A DNA stretch of 64,000 bases, from positions 38,235-102,234 of the forward strand of contig NW_013657624.1 of NCBI RefSeq assembly GCF_000142905.1, written 5' to 3'. Position numbers and translations under genes: made by a program. Every line of letters begins with the position of its first letter. Position 1 is the first letter of the stretch. Shown piece by piece: positions 45,801 through 56,026 of the stretch. The notes under the pieces were generated by a model, which was not told where the DNA came from, searched no databases, and saw nothing but the letters and a program-made list of their open reading frames with translations. This DNA comes from Thecamonas trahens ATCC 50062. Its lineage: Eukaryota > Protista > Apusomonadida.

Positions 45801-46753
45801 GGCGACGGCGGCGGCGGTGACGGTGGTGGCGATGGGGGCGGCGGTGACGGTGGTGGCGACGGCGGCGGCGGTGACGGTGGTGGCGACGGCGGCGGCGGTG
45901 ATGGTACCACAGGCTGGCACGACGGCGTGCCTGGCAGATACACGCCAGAGCTGTCGCACGTTACGTTGCCATGGCCATCGACAGTGGTGGCCACGAAACC
46001 GGGATCGCAGTTCAGATGCAGCGAGTCACCGACAGGGGCGACGGTCGTGAGTGTGGTGGGATCGATGGAGAGTGAGCCGTTTTCGACGGAGAGCATGGGG
46101 CAGACGGCGACGTAGTTGATAGAGACCATGGGCACCGGATCGACATGGATTCGACACAAGTCGCCTGCACCACAGGCAGAACCGTCCTGTGCCATAAAGA
46201 CAAGCAGGTGATCGCGGTCAATGGCGCCATAGGAGTAGGCAGAGGTGAGCATGTCAGCCAGCTCGGTGCCCCTGACCAGCCACCGATTACCGGCCGAGTC
46301 CCAAGTACCAACGACCATCGGATTGCCAGCAATCAAATGATCAAAAGAGTCGACAGTGCTCCACGGCCAGTCGTCAAACTCGTTGTCCTCGTACTGTGCC
46401 GTGGCAGACATGACGGCCAGGCGAAGATCGAACGGCAGGTCTGCCTCGACCCTTTGAAAGACGATAGCACTCGAGGGGAGGAAATGGACGAGGCCGGTAG
46501 AGGAGGTGATGGCCGATCCCAAAGCAAAGTTGACTGCCCCGTGCTCGGCATTGTTGGCCACTTCGATAGTGTCCGGCTCCGCCTGCACATAACCGCTCCC
46601 AGGAGCCAGGGCGCCGATGAAATCGCCGTCGGTCGGGCTTCCTTTAACCGTCACCACCGTAGCTGCACGACCTGTGGCAGCCACACTCAAGAGGACCATG
46701 ACTAAGCCAACGAGCATGGCAGCCATTCTGCTAGCATAACGCCGTGTCGCCAT
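42893..46753 (-). CDS. Receptor-type class III nucleotidyl cyclase-like protein 2 (signal peptide, sushi, SPPPP stalk, Cys repeats, TM, cyclase domain)
   Basis: ILITDISSSTVLWED, NEGDSFIIIF, GLRVRTCVHVG. Tandem paralog of the neighbouring gene. Confidence 0.88.
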   Translation of the reverse strand: MATRRYASRMAAMLVGLVMVLLSVAATGRAATVVTVKGSPTDGDFIGALAPGSGYVQAEPDTIEVANNAEHGAVNFALGSAITSSTGLVHFLPSSAIVFQRVEADLPFDLRLAVMSATAQYEDNEFDDWPWSTVDSFDHLIAGNPMVVGTWDSAGNRWLVRGTELADMLTSAYSYGAIDRDHLLVFMAQDGSACGAGDLCRIHVDPVPMVSINYVAVCPMLSVENGSLSIDPTTLTTVAPVGDSLHLNCDPGFVATTVDGHGNVTCDSSGVYLPGTPSCQPVVPSPPPPSPPPSPPPPSPPPSPPPPSPPPSPPPPSPPPSPPPPSPPPSPPPPSPPPSPPPSPPPPPPAPPCALPAFVDSCGICSGHGTGHIADSDLDSCGVCFGGNADLDDCGVCFGNNAAKDGCGMCYGNNATCAGCDGIPYSGTVPDICGVCGGDGSACSGCNFIPIPLGGVWCDGCGVCGGPSGISACATSCLPDSFAVNDCFGVCNGTAYIDECGMCVAGSTSNTPNAFKDSCGVCFGGDAARDSCGDCFGNNVRRDACGICDGNNAFRDACGVCFGGDAGRDVCGVCGGNGSSCVGCDFVVGSGQELDACGVCGGSNACQTAPTRLTTLSTSSIVMVGSSACLVLFIATAAVTIVIPRRMRRSKVGFMARKEATARAAAPTGELAILITDISSSTVLWEDEPDAMKRAVVLHDACIRTTLAEYGGYEARNEGDSFIIIFPSANILTAIEAAVAVQEELLQVEWPLEILRHQLCRSKLRKLQEGIAPGPLRHTWRGLRVRTCVHVGKPIASFDVRTERMAYTGSALAHGNNILAATEPGQVTISMRAVERMPNHIPAHINLEYVGYVDAGGGTLDMFNVAVQGSVLMFRHFAGVSRNRSDSLSVQSRQQVLMLRQTSTRSRRSRNGDPLSTSSNHQLCSSATHATGISVNHVEPQSPPRPVSGLASVPMGLGRKAPLMLWTSHTGCTTPSRLDSTSSDCSMLPTDAPRARATTVDARVSGRASADPTAESVAHQRGCSLQGSRARTRVRRTIRSSSPAHANRRAMHRSGSQSHAITPLAEPPANPAFAFLSGAIEASSDGDTSNSGNATIADRHRLRIVSRGHVSNHNLRETIGGGGIPKRSQRPKRNMSHKNSNPAPKRVFSSPELDSLDLDRVPGTSGLSPAHFRALAAEEAAASASGTIEALVSPTTDETNPFAPCAVPSTILRKRKRKRKQHPAYRNISLGVADSTRARTRARSHTRSHSPASPASPASPAPMRRKKSPKPRLSAALDIISTAKAS
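45708..45903 (-). repeat. Coding (SPPPPSPPP)n extensin-like stalk
   Basis: 27-bp period repeat within cyclase-like gene 2. Confidence 0.85.
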
Positions 46754-47518
46754 GAGAGTCGAGTGTGGCTAACGCCCGTTGATCTCCTCATTGCCATCAT
46801 CAGCAAACGGATTGCTGATAGCGCGTTTGAGGAACATTTCGGCATTTTGGGTGGTTTGCCGCATGTCTAAATTGGCCAAGCTCGTTTGGAGCTCAACGCG
46901 CAGAGCAGGCCACGATATGAGTCCCGCGGCGACGAGCAAGAGAACCATCTCCATGTACCTTGATATAGCATTGTCTCTCCGTCCGAAGGGATTGCTCTCG
47001 TGATGCATAACGGCCAACTGCCGAGCGGGGGGGTTGGACCATGAGTTGCCAGCCAACAAAAAAAGAAAAAAAAAAAGGAGACACAAATTGTCAACCACCT
47101 CTGACCCGGTTCCAGCCAAGAGCCGGTCGCGCGACATGGCCTTTCCCTGGAGCAACCGAGAGCAACACCAACGTCGTCTGTACCCGTCTTCAATTGTACG
47201 TAGCCTCAAAGTGGAGTGCAGATGGTTTATGATGTTGTGCACAATTTGTCGAAGTTGCAGTCGTGAGGGTCGTGTTTCGCGGGCAGTATGGCCATGGGTA
47301 GTACCTGCGGCTTGAGCAGCGACTCAATTTTTGGCTTCCATCCATCGCCCGCCGCACCACCCTGACGGCTATGGGCAAGGACTGGGTGGCTGGGCTGGGC
47401 AATGAGCCAGTTGTGGAGAATGGGAGGCGCGGAGGGGGCGAGAAGCGGGGAGTGCCAAGGGCAGGGAGGACTCACAGTGTTTGGCGGCGTGGCCGGCTTG
47501 TTTGTGCAGCGCAATCTA

Positions 47519-47782
47519 ATGTCGGCTCGCACCTCGATGCTCTCGCTCGCTCGCGCCTCGGCCTCGCTGATGGCGCGCCAGTCGTCGGTCCGCGCTGCGC
47601 GTGGTGGCGGTCCGCTTCCGTGGGGTGTTGAGTCGCATGGCTTCCCGGGCCACGGCTCGTCGGTTCCGTTCAAGGTTGTCGGCGCGTCGAACGCCTCCAT
47701 CGCCGCCCGCGTTGCTTCCCTCATTGCCCTCGGCATCGGCCTTCCCATCTACGGCGTCATCCACTCGAACCGCAACAACTAA
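47519..47782 (+). CDS. COX7C: Cytochrome c oxidase subunit VIIc-like
   Basis: Arg/Ser-rich presequence, G.GSSVPFKV motif, single TM with G...P; 87 aa. Confidence 0.65.
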   Translation: MSARTSMLSLARASASLMARQSSVRAARGGGPLPWGVESHGFPGHGSSVPFKVVGASNASIAARVASLIALGIGLPIYGVIHSNRNN

Positions 47783-48130
47783 GGTCGTCCTTAGCCTCGG
47801 GTGGCCGGCGGCGTGATAAACACTGTTTGCCTGCTGATGGTAGAGTGTATTCCTCCCCCCCAAACACACACACACACCCGCAAGCGGTCCTGCCTTGCCA
47901 CCCTCTGTAACCAAACGATCAATCCAACAACAAGCAATCGTTGCCTTGCCCCCCCCAAACGATCAATCCAACAACAAATAATCGTTGCCCCCCACTTCTT
48001 CCATTCCGCTCCCTCCCCTCCCTCCCCCTCCCCCTTCCCCTTCCCCTTCCCCTCGCTTTCTCCCACCCCCCTCCTCCCCACGCACACACACTCATCGCAT
48101 GGTCACACCCCCGCACACCATCCCCAGATC

Positions 48131-49444
48131 ATGGCCACCCGTCCGCAGCTCTCAGTAGCCATCCCCCAGACACAGGCAGACCACCAGGCCGAAGAAGCCG
48201 CCCTCGACTCCTACACGCCCTCGGCGTACCTCTACTCGGCCGTGCCGAGCCACTTTGCCATCCGCTTGGGCCTCTGTCGCTCACCTCGAGCAAGCCAGGA
48301 GGACGAGAACAGGCACGATCATGATCATGATCATGATCAGCATCATGATCAGCATGGTCCTGCCTTTGGCATCCAGCTCTGCTCCTGCCCCATCTGCGTC
48401 TACGTCGGTGCTGCCGAGTGGGCATCGGCTGCTGCTCACGATGATGGCCATGACGATGATGGTGGTGATGATGGGGGTGAGGGCCCTTCGGAAGGTTATG
48501 CGATTGTGCGCGATGCGGCGGCAGAGGTGGCGCGAAATGCAGCCGACAATGGTGGCGGCGAGTGGGGTTACGGCGATGGCAGTGGCGAGTATGTTGACGA
48601 CGACGACGGATGGGCCGTCGACGAGCTGTACATCTCGCCAACAACTGAAAAGGCCTTCTCGCAGGCGCTCGAGTGGGAGACGTCGCGATCAAAGGCTTCG
48701 CATCCGCGCGGGGCTGGGCGCAAGAAGCGGGAGCCCAAGCGGCGACAAAACGAGCGGTATGACGAGAATCTAGGCCGAGTCATCCACACCAAGAAGACCA
48801 AGATCAAGGCGTCGGTGTACGCCAAGGCCGAGGCCACTCGTGCTGCTATTGTCGAGCAGAACGAGCGCCGCAAGAACAACGCCCGCCTCCGACTCGGCCT
48901 GCTCATCTCGGCCGCCGGCCTCGAGCCATCGTTCGCCGCCGCCGCTGCCGCTGCCGCGGATACACCGCGGTACCACGCGCCGTCGCGGCCTACGCGATCG
49001 CGGCAGCAGCGGCATCAGCGGCAGCAGCGGCAGCAGCCACCGCAGCCGGTCGCCGCCTCGCGGCACGACTACACTCGCCAGCTGATGGAGGATCTGGGAG
49101 TGGAGGAGCGACTGGCGCGTCTGCTGTTCGAGCTGCAAACACGCGACGCCACGCCCGAGGACTACGAGCTGCTGCTCGAGCTGGACGAGACTGTCGAGGC
49201 GCGGACGCTCGACGCCGCCACGGTCGACGTTCTCCCGACGCTCACGGTGGGGTCCGGGCCGGGCGAGTACGATCCGGTGGCCGACGCCGACGCGCTCTGC
49301 CCGGTCTGCATGTTCGAGTACGAGGCCGGCGAGTCGGTGCGGCAGCTGCCGTGCGGACACGCCTTCCACGTCGAGTGCATCGACGAGTGGCTGCGGAACC
49401 ACGCACGGACGTGTCCAGTTGACCGGACCGAGCTCGACCAGTGA
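48131..49444 (+). CDS. RING-H2 E3 ubiquitin ligase
   Basis: [19 protein letters not shown]; [22 protein letters not shown]. Confidence 0.85.
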   Translation: MATRPQLSVAIPQTQADHQAEEAALDSYTPSAYLYSAVPSHFAIRLGLCRSPRASQEDENRHDHDHDHDQHHDQHGPAFGIQLCSCPICVYVGAAEWASAAAHDDGHDDDGGDDGGEGPSEGYAIVRDAAAEVARNAADNGGGEWGYGDGSGEYVDDDDGWAVDELYISPTTEKAFSQALEWETSRSKASHPRGAGRKKREPKRRQNERYDENLGRVIHTKKTKIKASVYAKAEATRAAIVEQNERRKNNARLRLGLLISAAGLEPSFAAAAAAAADTPRYHAPSRPTRSRQQRHQRQQRQQPPQPVAASRHDYTRQLMEDLGVEERLARLLFELQTRDATPEDYELLLELDETVEARTLDAATVDVLPTLTVGSGPGEYDPVADADALCPVCMFEYEAGESVRQLPCGHAFHVECIDEWLRNHARTCPVDRTELDQ

Positions 49445-49493
49445 GGAGCAGCCGGTACTGGCAGCGGTTGTTTATCACAAGCCCAGCAAAGGG

Positions 49494-51150
49494 CTACTTG
49501 TGCTGCGACGACGGCGATGGTGACGGCGACGGGGTCGACGCTGCGGCGTCCGAGTTGCGACGCGACACCGCGGCCGACGACGACTTGATGCTCTCGAGGG
49601 CTACGAGGAGGCGACGCGAGATCTCGAAAAAGGCAAACGAGGTCCCACGGCGGCGCATAAAGTCGAGGACGTAGACGCGAGCGCCGATCTCGTAGAGGGT
49701 GATGCCGAAGCGGAGTCCGGCCCGCGGGTCGGCCTGTTCGGCCATGCGGGCGATGATCGAGTACGGGTTCAGCACCCGCCACTCCATGTTGAGCGACCGC
49801 AGCGCGCCGTAGACCTCGTGCATGATGTGCTTGGGTGCACACGACGACTTGATGCCGAGCGTGTAGCGCGAGTACGACGGCAGCTGCTGGCGCCGCGCAC
49901 CGGCGCCAGGCCGCACGCCGCCGGCCCGCAGCGACGGGTCGAGCAGATCCTCCTTAAAGTCCCATGCCGGCGGCGACGCCGCGAGCGCCACGCCCTCGGG
50001 CGCCGACGCCTGTCCGCCCTGTCTACTGCCCTGGCTACTTGCGCCGTACGTTGTGCTTGCATCGAGCATGAGTCGGTATGCGACAACAATGGCCGAGCGC
50101 GCGCCATAAACGCCTGAGCGCGCATCAGCGGGCGACCGCGGCGGCGACGACGCTGACGTTGGTGCAAGCGACTGGGTCAGCGCCGACGGCGAGCCACGGC
50201 TCGCGCCAACAAGTATTGGCGGTGATGAGCCGAGGCGCCCAGGAGCATCGGCTGCTGCGCTTGCAGACGCGCCTGGCGCACCACTCTCGCTGGAAGCGGC
50301 TGCACTGGGAATAGCCTCTAGCAGCGCGGCATAAGCCTCGTCGTACGGCATGTCGAGGCGGGCCGCGACCTGGGCGAGGACGCCCTCGTCAATGGTCTGT
50401 AGATTGAGGACGGCGGTGGGCGGCGCAGCCAAGTACGACGGCAGGTCGACGAGGAACCACGGGTGCTGCTTGATCTGCTCCACGGTGATGCGGCGGAGCG
50501 GGTCGACGACAAGCATCGAGAGAATGAGCGAGCGGGCGCCGTCGGAGAGGAACGACGGCAAGGTGAAGATGCCGCCCTTAATCTTCTTGAACAAGTTGGG
50601 GATGTAGTCGTCGTCAAAGGGGAGGCGGCCGCAGAGGAGGGCGTAGAGGATGACGCCTGCCGACCAGACGTCGACTTCCTCGCCCGAATACGCCTTGCCG
50701 CCGACCACCTCGGGCGCGGCGTAGTTGGGCGAGCCGCACGAGGTCGAGAGGAACGACCCGTCCTCGAGTGTGTTGGAGAGGCCAAAGTCGGCAATCTTGA
50801 CGTTGTTGTTGGCGTCAAGCAGGAGGTTCTCCGGCTTGAGGTCGCGATGGACAACCATGTGGTCGTGGCAGTACGAGATGCCGGCGATGAGCTGCTGGAA
50901 GAATCGGCGGGCCTCGCCCTCGGGCAGCCGGCCGTTCTTGACAATGTACTCGAACAGCTCGCCGCCGGGCACATACTCCATGATCATGAAGATGTCTGTG
51001 GCAGTGTAGATGACCTCGTACAGGCGGATGATGTGCGGGTGGCGGAGGAGCTTGAGCACGTCGATCTCACGCTTCACCTTTTTGTTCATGTCCAGCGCCT
51101 TGATCTTGTCGCGGTTCATGATCTTGACCGCCACACGGTGGCCTGTCAAT
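49494..51150 (-). CDS. PRKAA: AMPK/SNF1 catalytic alpha subunit; 5' exon(s) probably in the gap
   Basis: GHRVAVKIMNR..KVKREI..HPHIIRLYEVI; HRDLKPEN; DFG..FLSTSCGSPNYAAPE; C-terminal KA1-like domain; splice acceptor at 51151. Confidence 0.93.
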
Positions 51151-51167
51151 CTGTGTTGCGCAACTGT

Positions 51168-51530
51168 GAGAGTGAGTGTGAGTGTGAGTGTGAGTGTGAG
51201 TGTGAGAGAGAGGCGGCGAGGTCAGGGGGGGAAAGTAGGAATCAGAGCAGCGAGCACGATCATGGCCACCACCATCATGGCCACCACCATCATGGCCACA
51301 ACAATCATAGCCACCACCATCATGGCCACCACCATCATGGCCACCACCATCATGGCCACCACGATCATGGCCACAACAATCATGACCACAATCATAATCA
51401 CAATGTCGACGACAGTCGCGAGCATAACCATCCCTCCAGAACCAGCACCACCACCATTACGATGACCAGGCGATGACGACAACCAACCACCGCCACCAAG
51501 GCCACCAAGGCCACCAAGGCCACCACGGCG
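51168..51530. repeat. Intronic simple repeats: (GAGTGT)n, (ACCATCATGGCCACC)n, (GCCACCAAG)n
   Basis: Directly visible. Confidence 0.85.
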
Positions 51531-51705
51531 ACCACAGCCAGAGCCACTGCCACACAGCCACTATGGCCACGGCAACCACAACAGAGGGGGGGGGAGAGGG
51601 AGAAGGAAATACCACCCGTAGTCCCCCTTTCCCCCTTCCCCATGGCTGTCCGCCTTTCACCTTCCACCTACCGCAGGTGGGGAACACTGACGGCGGACGG
51701 GGGGA

Positions 51706-51805
51706 NNNNNNNNNNNNNNNNNNNNNNNNNNNNNNNNNNNNNNNNNNNNNNNNNNNNNNNNNNNNNNNNNNNNNNNNNNNNNNNNNNNNNNNNNNNNNNN
51801 NNNNN
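51706..51805. other. Assembly gap (N run)
   Basis: Run of 100 N. Confidence 1.
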
Positions 51806-51819
51806 CCTACACTCTCGGT

Positions 51820-53439
51820 TCACTGCCACGAAATGTCCTCGGCATACTCGTCGTCGTCGTCCTCGATGGAGAGCCGCTCGTACTCTTCGCGGGCAAAGCG
51901 GTCCCACGGCGTGAGGTGCGGCTCGCCATGCTCGGCCCGGATCGTTGCTGGATCCTTCTGCTCATGGTTGATGAACTTGTTGAGGTTAAAGAGCGCGTTG
52001 AAGAAGATCTGCGCCTGCCCGCACCGCTTGAGGTCCGAGAGCGTGATGCGCGACGGGTCCGCCGGCTTGACCAGGTCCAGCAGCTGGCAGAGGAGGTCCT
52101 CAAACGGCACCTCGTCGAGGTTAAGGCAGTTCATCCGGTAGATCTGCTCCTGGAACAGATACTCCATCTCGTATATCGAGATGAATCCGTCGCCGTCCAT
52201 GTCCACGCACCGGAACCAGTACTCGATGGCCGGCGCAGACGACTTGTCCTGCTCCGCCATGAAGAAGACAACAAACTGGTCAAAGTCCATCGTGTCCGGC
52301 GGCGCACCGCCGGCCTCCAGCAACGCAAAGACCCGGTCTAGAATCCGATACGTCAGTGCGTGCGACTCGTGTCGCGCCAGGTCCGACTTGGAAATCCGCA
52401 GGTCGTGGTCCGTGTCGAGCTCCCAGTACGCAATGTACGTGATGTAAAAGTGCTCGTACGAGAAGAACCGCAGGTGCTTGTTGATGTCCGGCTCATCGTC
52501 GAGCGCGCGCACGTTCGCCACCAGGTCGGACTTCCGCAATGCATTCAGCGTGATCGTCGACGACCACGACCGGTCCACCACAAAGAAAATCCGCGCAACA
52601 ACCATCTGGATGTATCGCGCCTGGAACTCCTCAGACCCGCGCAGAAACTCGAGGCCTGGATGCGACGAGACTACAATGTTGAGCCACGGCTGAAAGTCGG
52701 CCCGCCGCAGCACTTGGGCGCCCTCAGGCGCAAGCACATCGAAAAACCGCTTGTGCTCGTCCGCCGTCTGCAAATGTTTTCGCCAGTACCGCCGGAACGT
52801 CGCCGGCTTGATGCTCCCGGCTTTGGCCGTGTCGATCTGGTCAAACAGCAGCGGCGCCAGGTACTTGCTCATCGACAGCGCAGGCATGAGCTCCACCAGC
52901 GCGTTGAGATCCAGCCGCCCGTTCGACTGCTTGGCAAACGCTGCCGAAATCGCCTTGGACTCGGCCTCCAGCAGGTCGTCCGGCAGCGGCCGCCCGCCCT
53001 TAAAGTAAAACTTCGGGATGAGCTCTTTCGCTCGCTCCCGCCGCTGCTGCTCGGCGTCGGCAAACCTCATCGAGAGGTCGACCGACGCCGATGACGGCGT
53101 CCGCACCGTCGGTCGGAGCGCTGCAGCCGATCCCGGCGACCGCGGCCCCAGCGGCGGCGTTGACCGAGTCGTCCCTCCCAAACTCCCAGGGCTTGCTGCC
53201 GCACCCGCGCTCGCCGACGACGGGACGACCGCCGCCGACGGCACAGCCTGTCCCTGCTGAAGCGCCAACAGGACAGTCCGCACAAACTCGGTCGTCGCTG
53301 TCTGCGTCAACCACACCTGGTAGTACTCATCAAGCTTGGGCCGTGCGTCAAACATAACGCCCACCTCTGATTCAAGTACTTGTGGCTGCCGCACAGCGCC
53401 GAGGGCTGACATGGCCACACCAGGCGGGAGCTTGGTCAT
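51820..53439 (-). CDS. PPP2R3: PP2A regulatory subunit B'' (PPP2R3 family, EF-hand)
   Basis: IPKFYF, HPGLEFL, FSYEHFY....YWELDTDHD, IEYWFRCVDMDGDG, WDRFAREEYERL. Confidence 0.93.
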   Translation of the reverse strand: MTKLPPGVAMSALGAVRQPQVLESEVGVMFDARPKLDEYYQVWLTQTATTEFVRTVLLALQQGQAVPSAAVVPSSASAGAAASPGSLGGTTRSTPPLGPRSPGSAAALRPTVRTPSSASVDLSMRFADAEQQRRERAKELIPKFYFKGGRPLPDDLLEAESKAISAAFAKQSNGRLDLNALVELMPALSMSKYLAPLLFDQIDTAKAGSIKPATFRRYWRKHLQTADEHKRFFDVLAPEGAQVLRRADFQPWLNIVVSSHPGLEFLRGSEEFQARYIQMVVARIFFVVDRSWSSTITLNALRKSDLVANVRALDDEPDINKHLRFFSYEHFYITYIAYWELDTDHDLRISKSDLARHESHALTYRILDRVFALLEAGGAPPDTMDFDQFVVFFMAEQDKSSAPAIEYWFRCVDMDGDGFISIYEMEYLFQEQIYRMNCLNLDEVPFEDLLCQLLDLVKPADPSRITLSDLKRCGQAQIFFNALFNLNKFINHEQKDPATIRAEHGEPHLTPWDRFAREEYERLSIEDDDDEYAEDISWQ

Positions 53440-53842
53440 GCCACCACCGCCACCGCCGCTGCCACCGCCACCTCCAACGCCACCGCCACCACCGCCGCCA
53501 CCACCCCGTCCTCCGCTCCGTCCCTCGCTCACAAATGCGCTCGCCACCCTGTTGCTGCTTCTCTTGACACGCTTCTCCGTCAAGCAGTCACCGCTTGGAG
53601 TCGTGTGCCCCCTCACCCCCCGCCCCCTCCCCTCCTTTCCGTGCCCATGCCGACCACCGAGTCTCTCTCGCCGCGGTCCTCGTCGCTCGCTCGCCGCCCG
53701 CCCGTCGCCCGCAACTATTTCGGCCGAAACTGCGACCTTTTTTTGCCATCACGCGCGCTTTTTTGCTCGACGAAAAGAAGAAATGTCGGTCATCTTGCCT
53801 TGCGCACACGCCCGCGCACAGACAAGTGACGCAGACGGAGCA

Positions 53843-55432
53843 TCACGACCGCAGCGGCGTCGCCTCGTATGCAGGCGCAGGCTGTCGGACGCCCGTCCCG
53901 GAAATCACGGCCGTGCGCCCGTTGAGCGAACTGCCGCCGTTCGAGTTGGCGGCAAAGAGCCGCCGGCCGACAACGGCAAAGAGCAAGGTTGTGACGACGG
54001 CCTTGCAGAGTGCCACCACTGATCCCACACCGATGGCCACAGACCAGTTCAAATCAGAGTCGCTGTTGCCCGGTCGAATCGCCGAGTATCCCGGATACGT
54101 CACAGTGAGCCAGACCACAACTGCCATGCCGTCGACCACCAGCGCGTGCCACGCACCAATTGCCGCTCCGAGCTTGGTTGCCTGCCACGAGCTCAGCGAG
54201 CTCCGCCCGAGCACCGCGTCTTGCATCGCGTGGACCATCCTGCCAAGCAAAGCCCGGAGGACTGTGTGGAGCACAACTGCCGTCGCAGCCACCGCGAGCA
54301 CCCCGGGAATGGCGTTGTACGCCGACGGCGTGATAAGTCCAGAGTGCAGAACCACATCCGAGACCCTCAGCTTGATCGTCAGCGACCGCGGTGGCGTTGA
54401 CGCGGGGCTAGTCACTACCGACGTTGGATCAAAGCCGAGCGCAGCCTGCTGATACGGCGCGTTGAACGAGAACGAGTTGCCACCGCCGCAGAGCATCCGT
54501 GCGCCTAGCACGCCGCTCGCCAGGCAACGCCGCCGCACGTTGGCGTTCACCGCAACCGCAAACCCGCTGCCGTCGTCCGGCATATGTAGGCCCCAGTACG
54601 CCATGCATCCGTCCGCAAACACATACAGTCCGCCATCGTCCTTGGCCCACATCAGGTTGTTGTACCTGTTCTTGTCACCGTCGTAAACCGTCGACACAAG
54701 CTCAAACGACGCCTCGCGCACCGCGCTGTTCGCCGCCGTCCCGCTCACCGTAAAGCTCACCTCGGACTGCGTGCCGGTCCCGAAGGCAGGAATCTCGTGG
54801 ATCGTGTGAAAGACGCACTGCAATTCGCCGTACGAGCACGTTGCATTTCCCATGCTCGTCCCCGCTCCGCTCACAGCCAGACTCGCGCCGCATCGCGATG
54901 CTGTGCTCGCATTCTCGTCACACGGCGTCGTAATCCGGAGTCCAAACCGCATGGCTGGCACGTTTGCAGCATCCCGCCCGACAATCGGCAGCGTAGCCAC
55001 TTGCTGCGCGCCCGGAGCGGTAAACCCGGCAGCAATGACAAACATGGCAGCAAAGACAGCTGCGAAAAAGACAGCGCACGACAGCAGGCCACCCGACGGA
55101 TGGCCACGTTGCCACTTATCCGTCGGAGCCGGGATCTGCGTACTCCCGCCTCCACCCACCCATCGCCGAGCCATGCTTGGCGACGAGACATCGAACAAGG
55201 CATACACTCGCTCAATAAGTCTCGGTCGGCCTCCAAACCCGCTGCCATCACCACCTCGGCCGCTTCGAATCGCCCGCCGTGCAGAACAGCAACGAGCCAG
55301 AGACAGTGCTGACGAGCCTGCCACCACCAGCAGGCCGGGGAGGAGGCCAGCCGCGAGCGCCACGCCGGTGTAGGGGAAGGAGCTCTCGTCCACCACCTGT
55401 TGACACACCGTAGTCGACGCAATGTTGCCCAT
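53843..55432 (-). CDS. Hypothetical multi-pass membrane protein
   Basis: 529-aa ORF with ~5 hydrophobic segments around a Cys-containing extracellular loop; no family recognised. Confidence 0.6.
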   Translation of the reverse strand: MGNIASTTVCQQVVDESSFPYTGVALAAGLLPGLLVVAGSSALSLARCCSARRAIRSGRGGDGSGFGGRPRLIERVYALFDVSSPSMARRWVGGGGSTQIPAPTDKWQRGHPSGGLLSCAVFFAAVFAAMFVIAAGFTAPGAQQVATLPIVGRDAANVPAMRFGLRITTPCDENASTASRCGASLAVSGAGTSMGNATCSYGELQCVFHTIHEIPAFGTGTQSEVSFTVSGTAANSAVREASFELVSTVYDGDKNRYNNLMWAKDDGGLYVFADGCMAYWGLHMPDDGSGFAVAVNANVRRRCLASGVLGARMLCGGGNSFSFNAPYQQAALGFDPTSVVTSPASTPPRSLTIKLRVSDVVLHSGLITPSAYNAIPGVLAVAATAVVLHTVLRALLGRMVHAMQDAVLGRSSLSSWQATKLGAAIGAWHALVVDGMAVVVWLTVTYPGYSAIRPGNSDSDLNWSVAIGVGSVVALCKAVVTTLLFAVVGRRLFAANSNGGSSLNGRTAVISGTGVRQPAPAYEATPLRS

Positions 55433-56026
55433 GACGACAGTGAGCGTCCCAGGGAGCTAGGTGTGGCGGTCGTCGTCGTCGTCGTGGCCACAGGCGTCGT
55501 GCGTCGTGTTTTGACAGCGACAGGTTTTGGTGGGGAAAAATATGGGTTACATGCGCGTCTTCTCGGCTCTTTTTCTACCTTTTTCGCACTCTGTCCATTT
55601 ATCTTACCTCACCAGCAGCGGCAACTGGGTCATCAAGCGTAGCTCAAGATGATGGTCCGGCTGACTCCTCCGTTGCACTTGCCTTGGACGGCAGGGAGGA
55701 ATTGCAGTGGAGATGGCGAGGTGAGAGAAGAATCGCCACGCTCGCCGACATGGCCTAGTCGCCATAACACCGCAGAGATGACGACCGCTGGCACCAATGC
55801 TAGTAATGAGCATGCACCAGGCGTTCACACCCGCCACATGTCGGATCACGGCTTCTATCCATGGTTCCATCCTCTTCCTCGCAGGCTTGGCCCGGGTTCT
55901 TTTCCGGCATGTGCGCGAACAAAAGGAGCAGCCATTCCTTCGCGCCGCTTCCGTCTACAAAACGAAGTCACGTTCCAGGACAGGGACGCAGATAGGCGAC
56001 GACACTCGACTCATCGCAGAGGCAAG

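Noticed and set aside
46769-47315. Lower-GC ORFs upstream of cyclase-like gene 2
   Set aside because: Atypical codon usage, cross a poly-A/T tract and show no motifs; probably intergenic.
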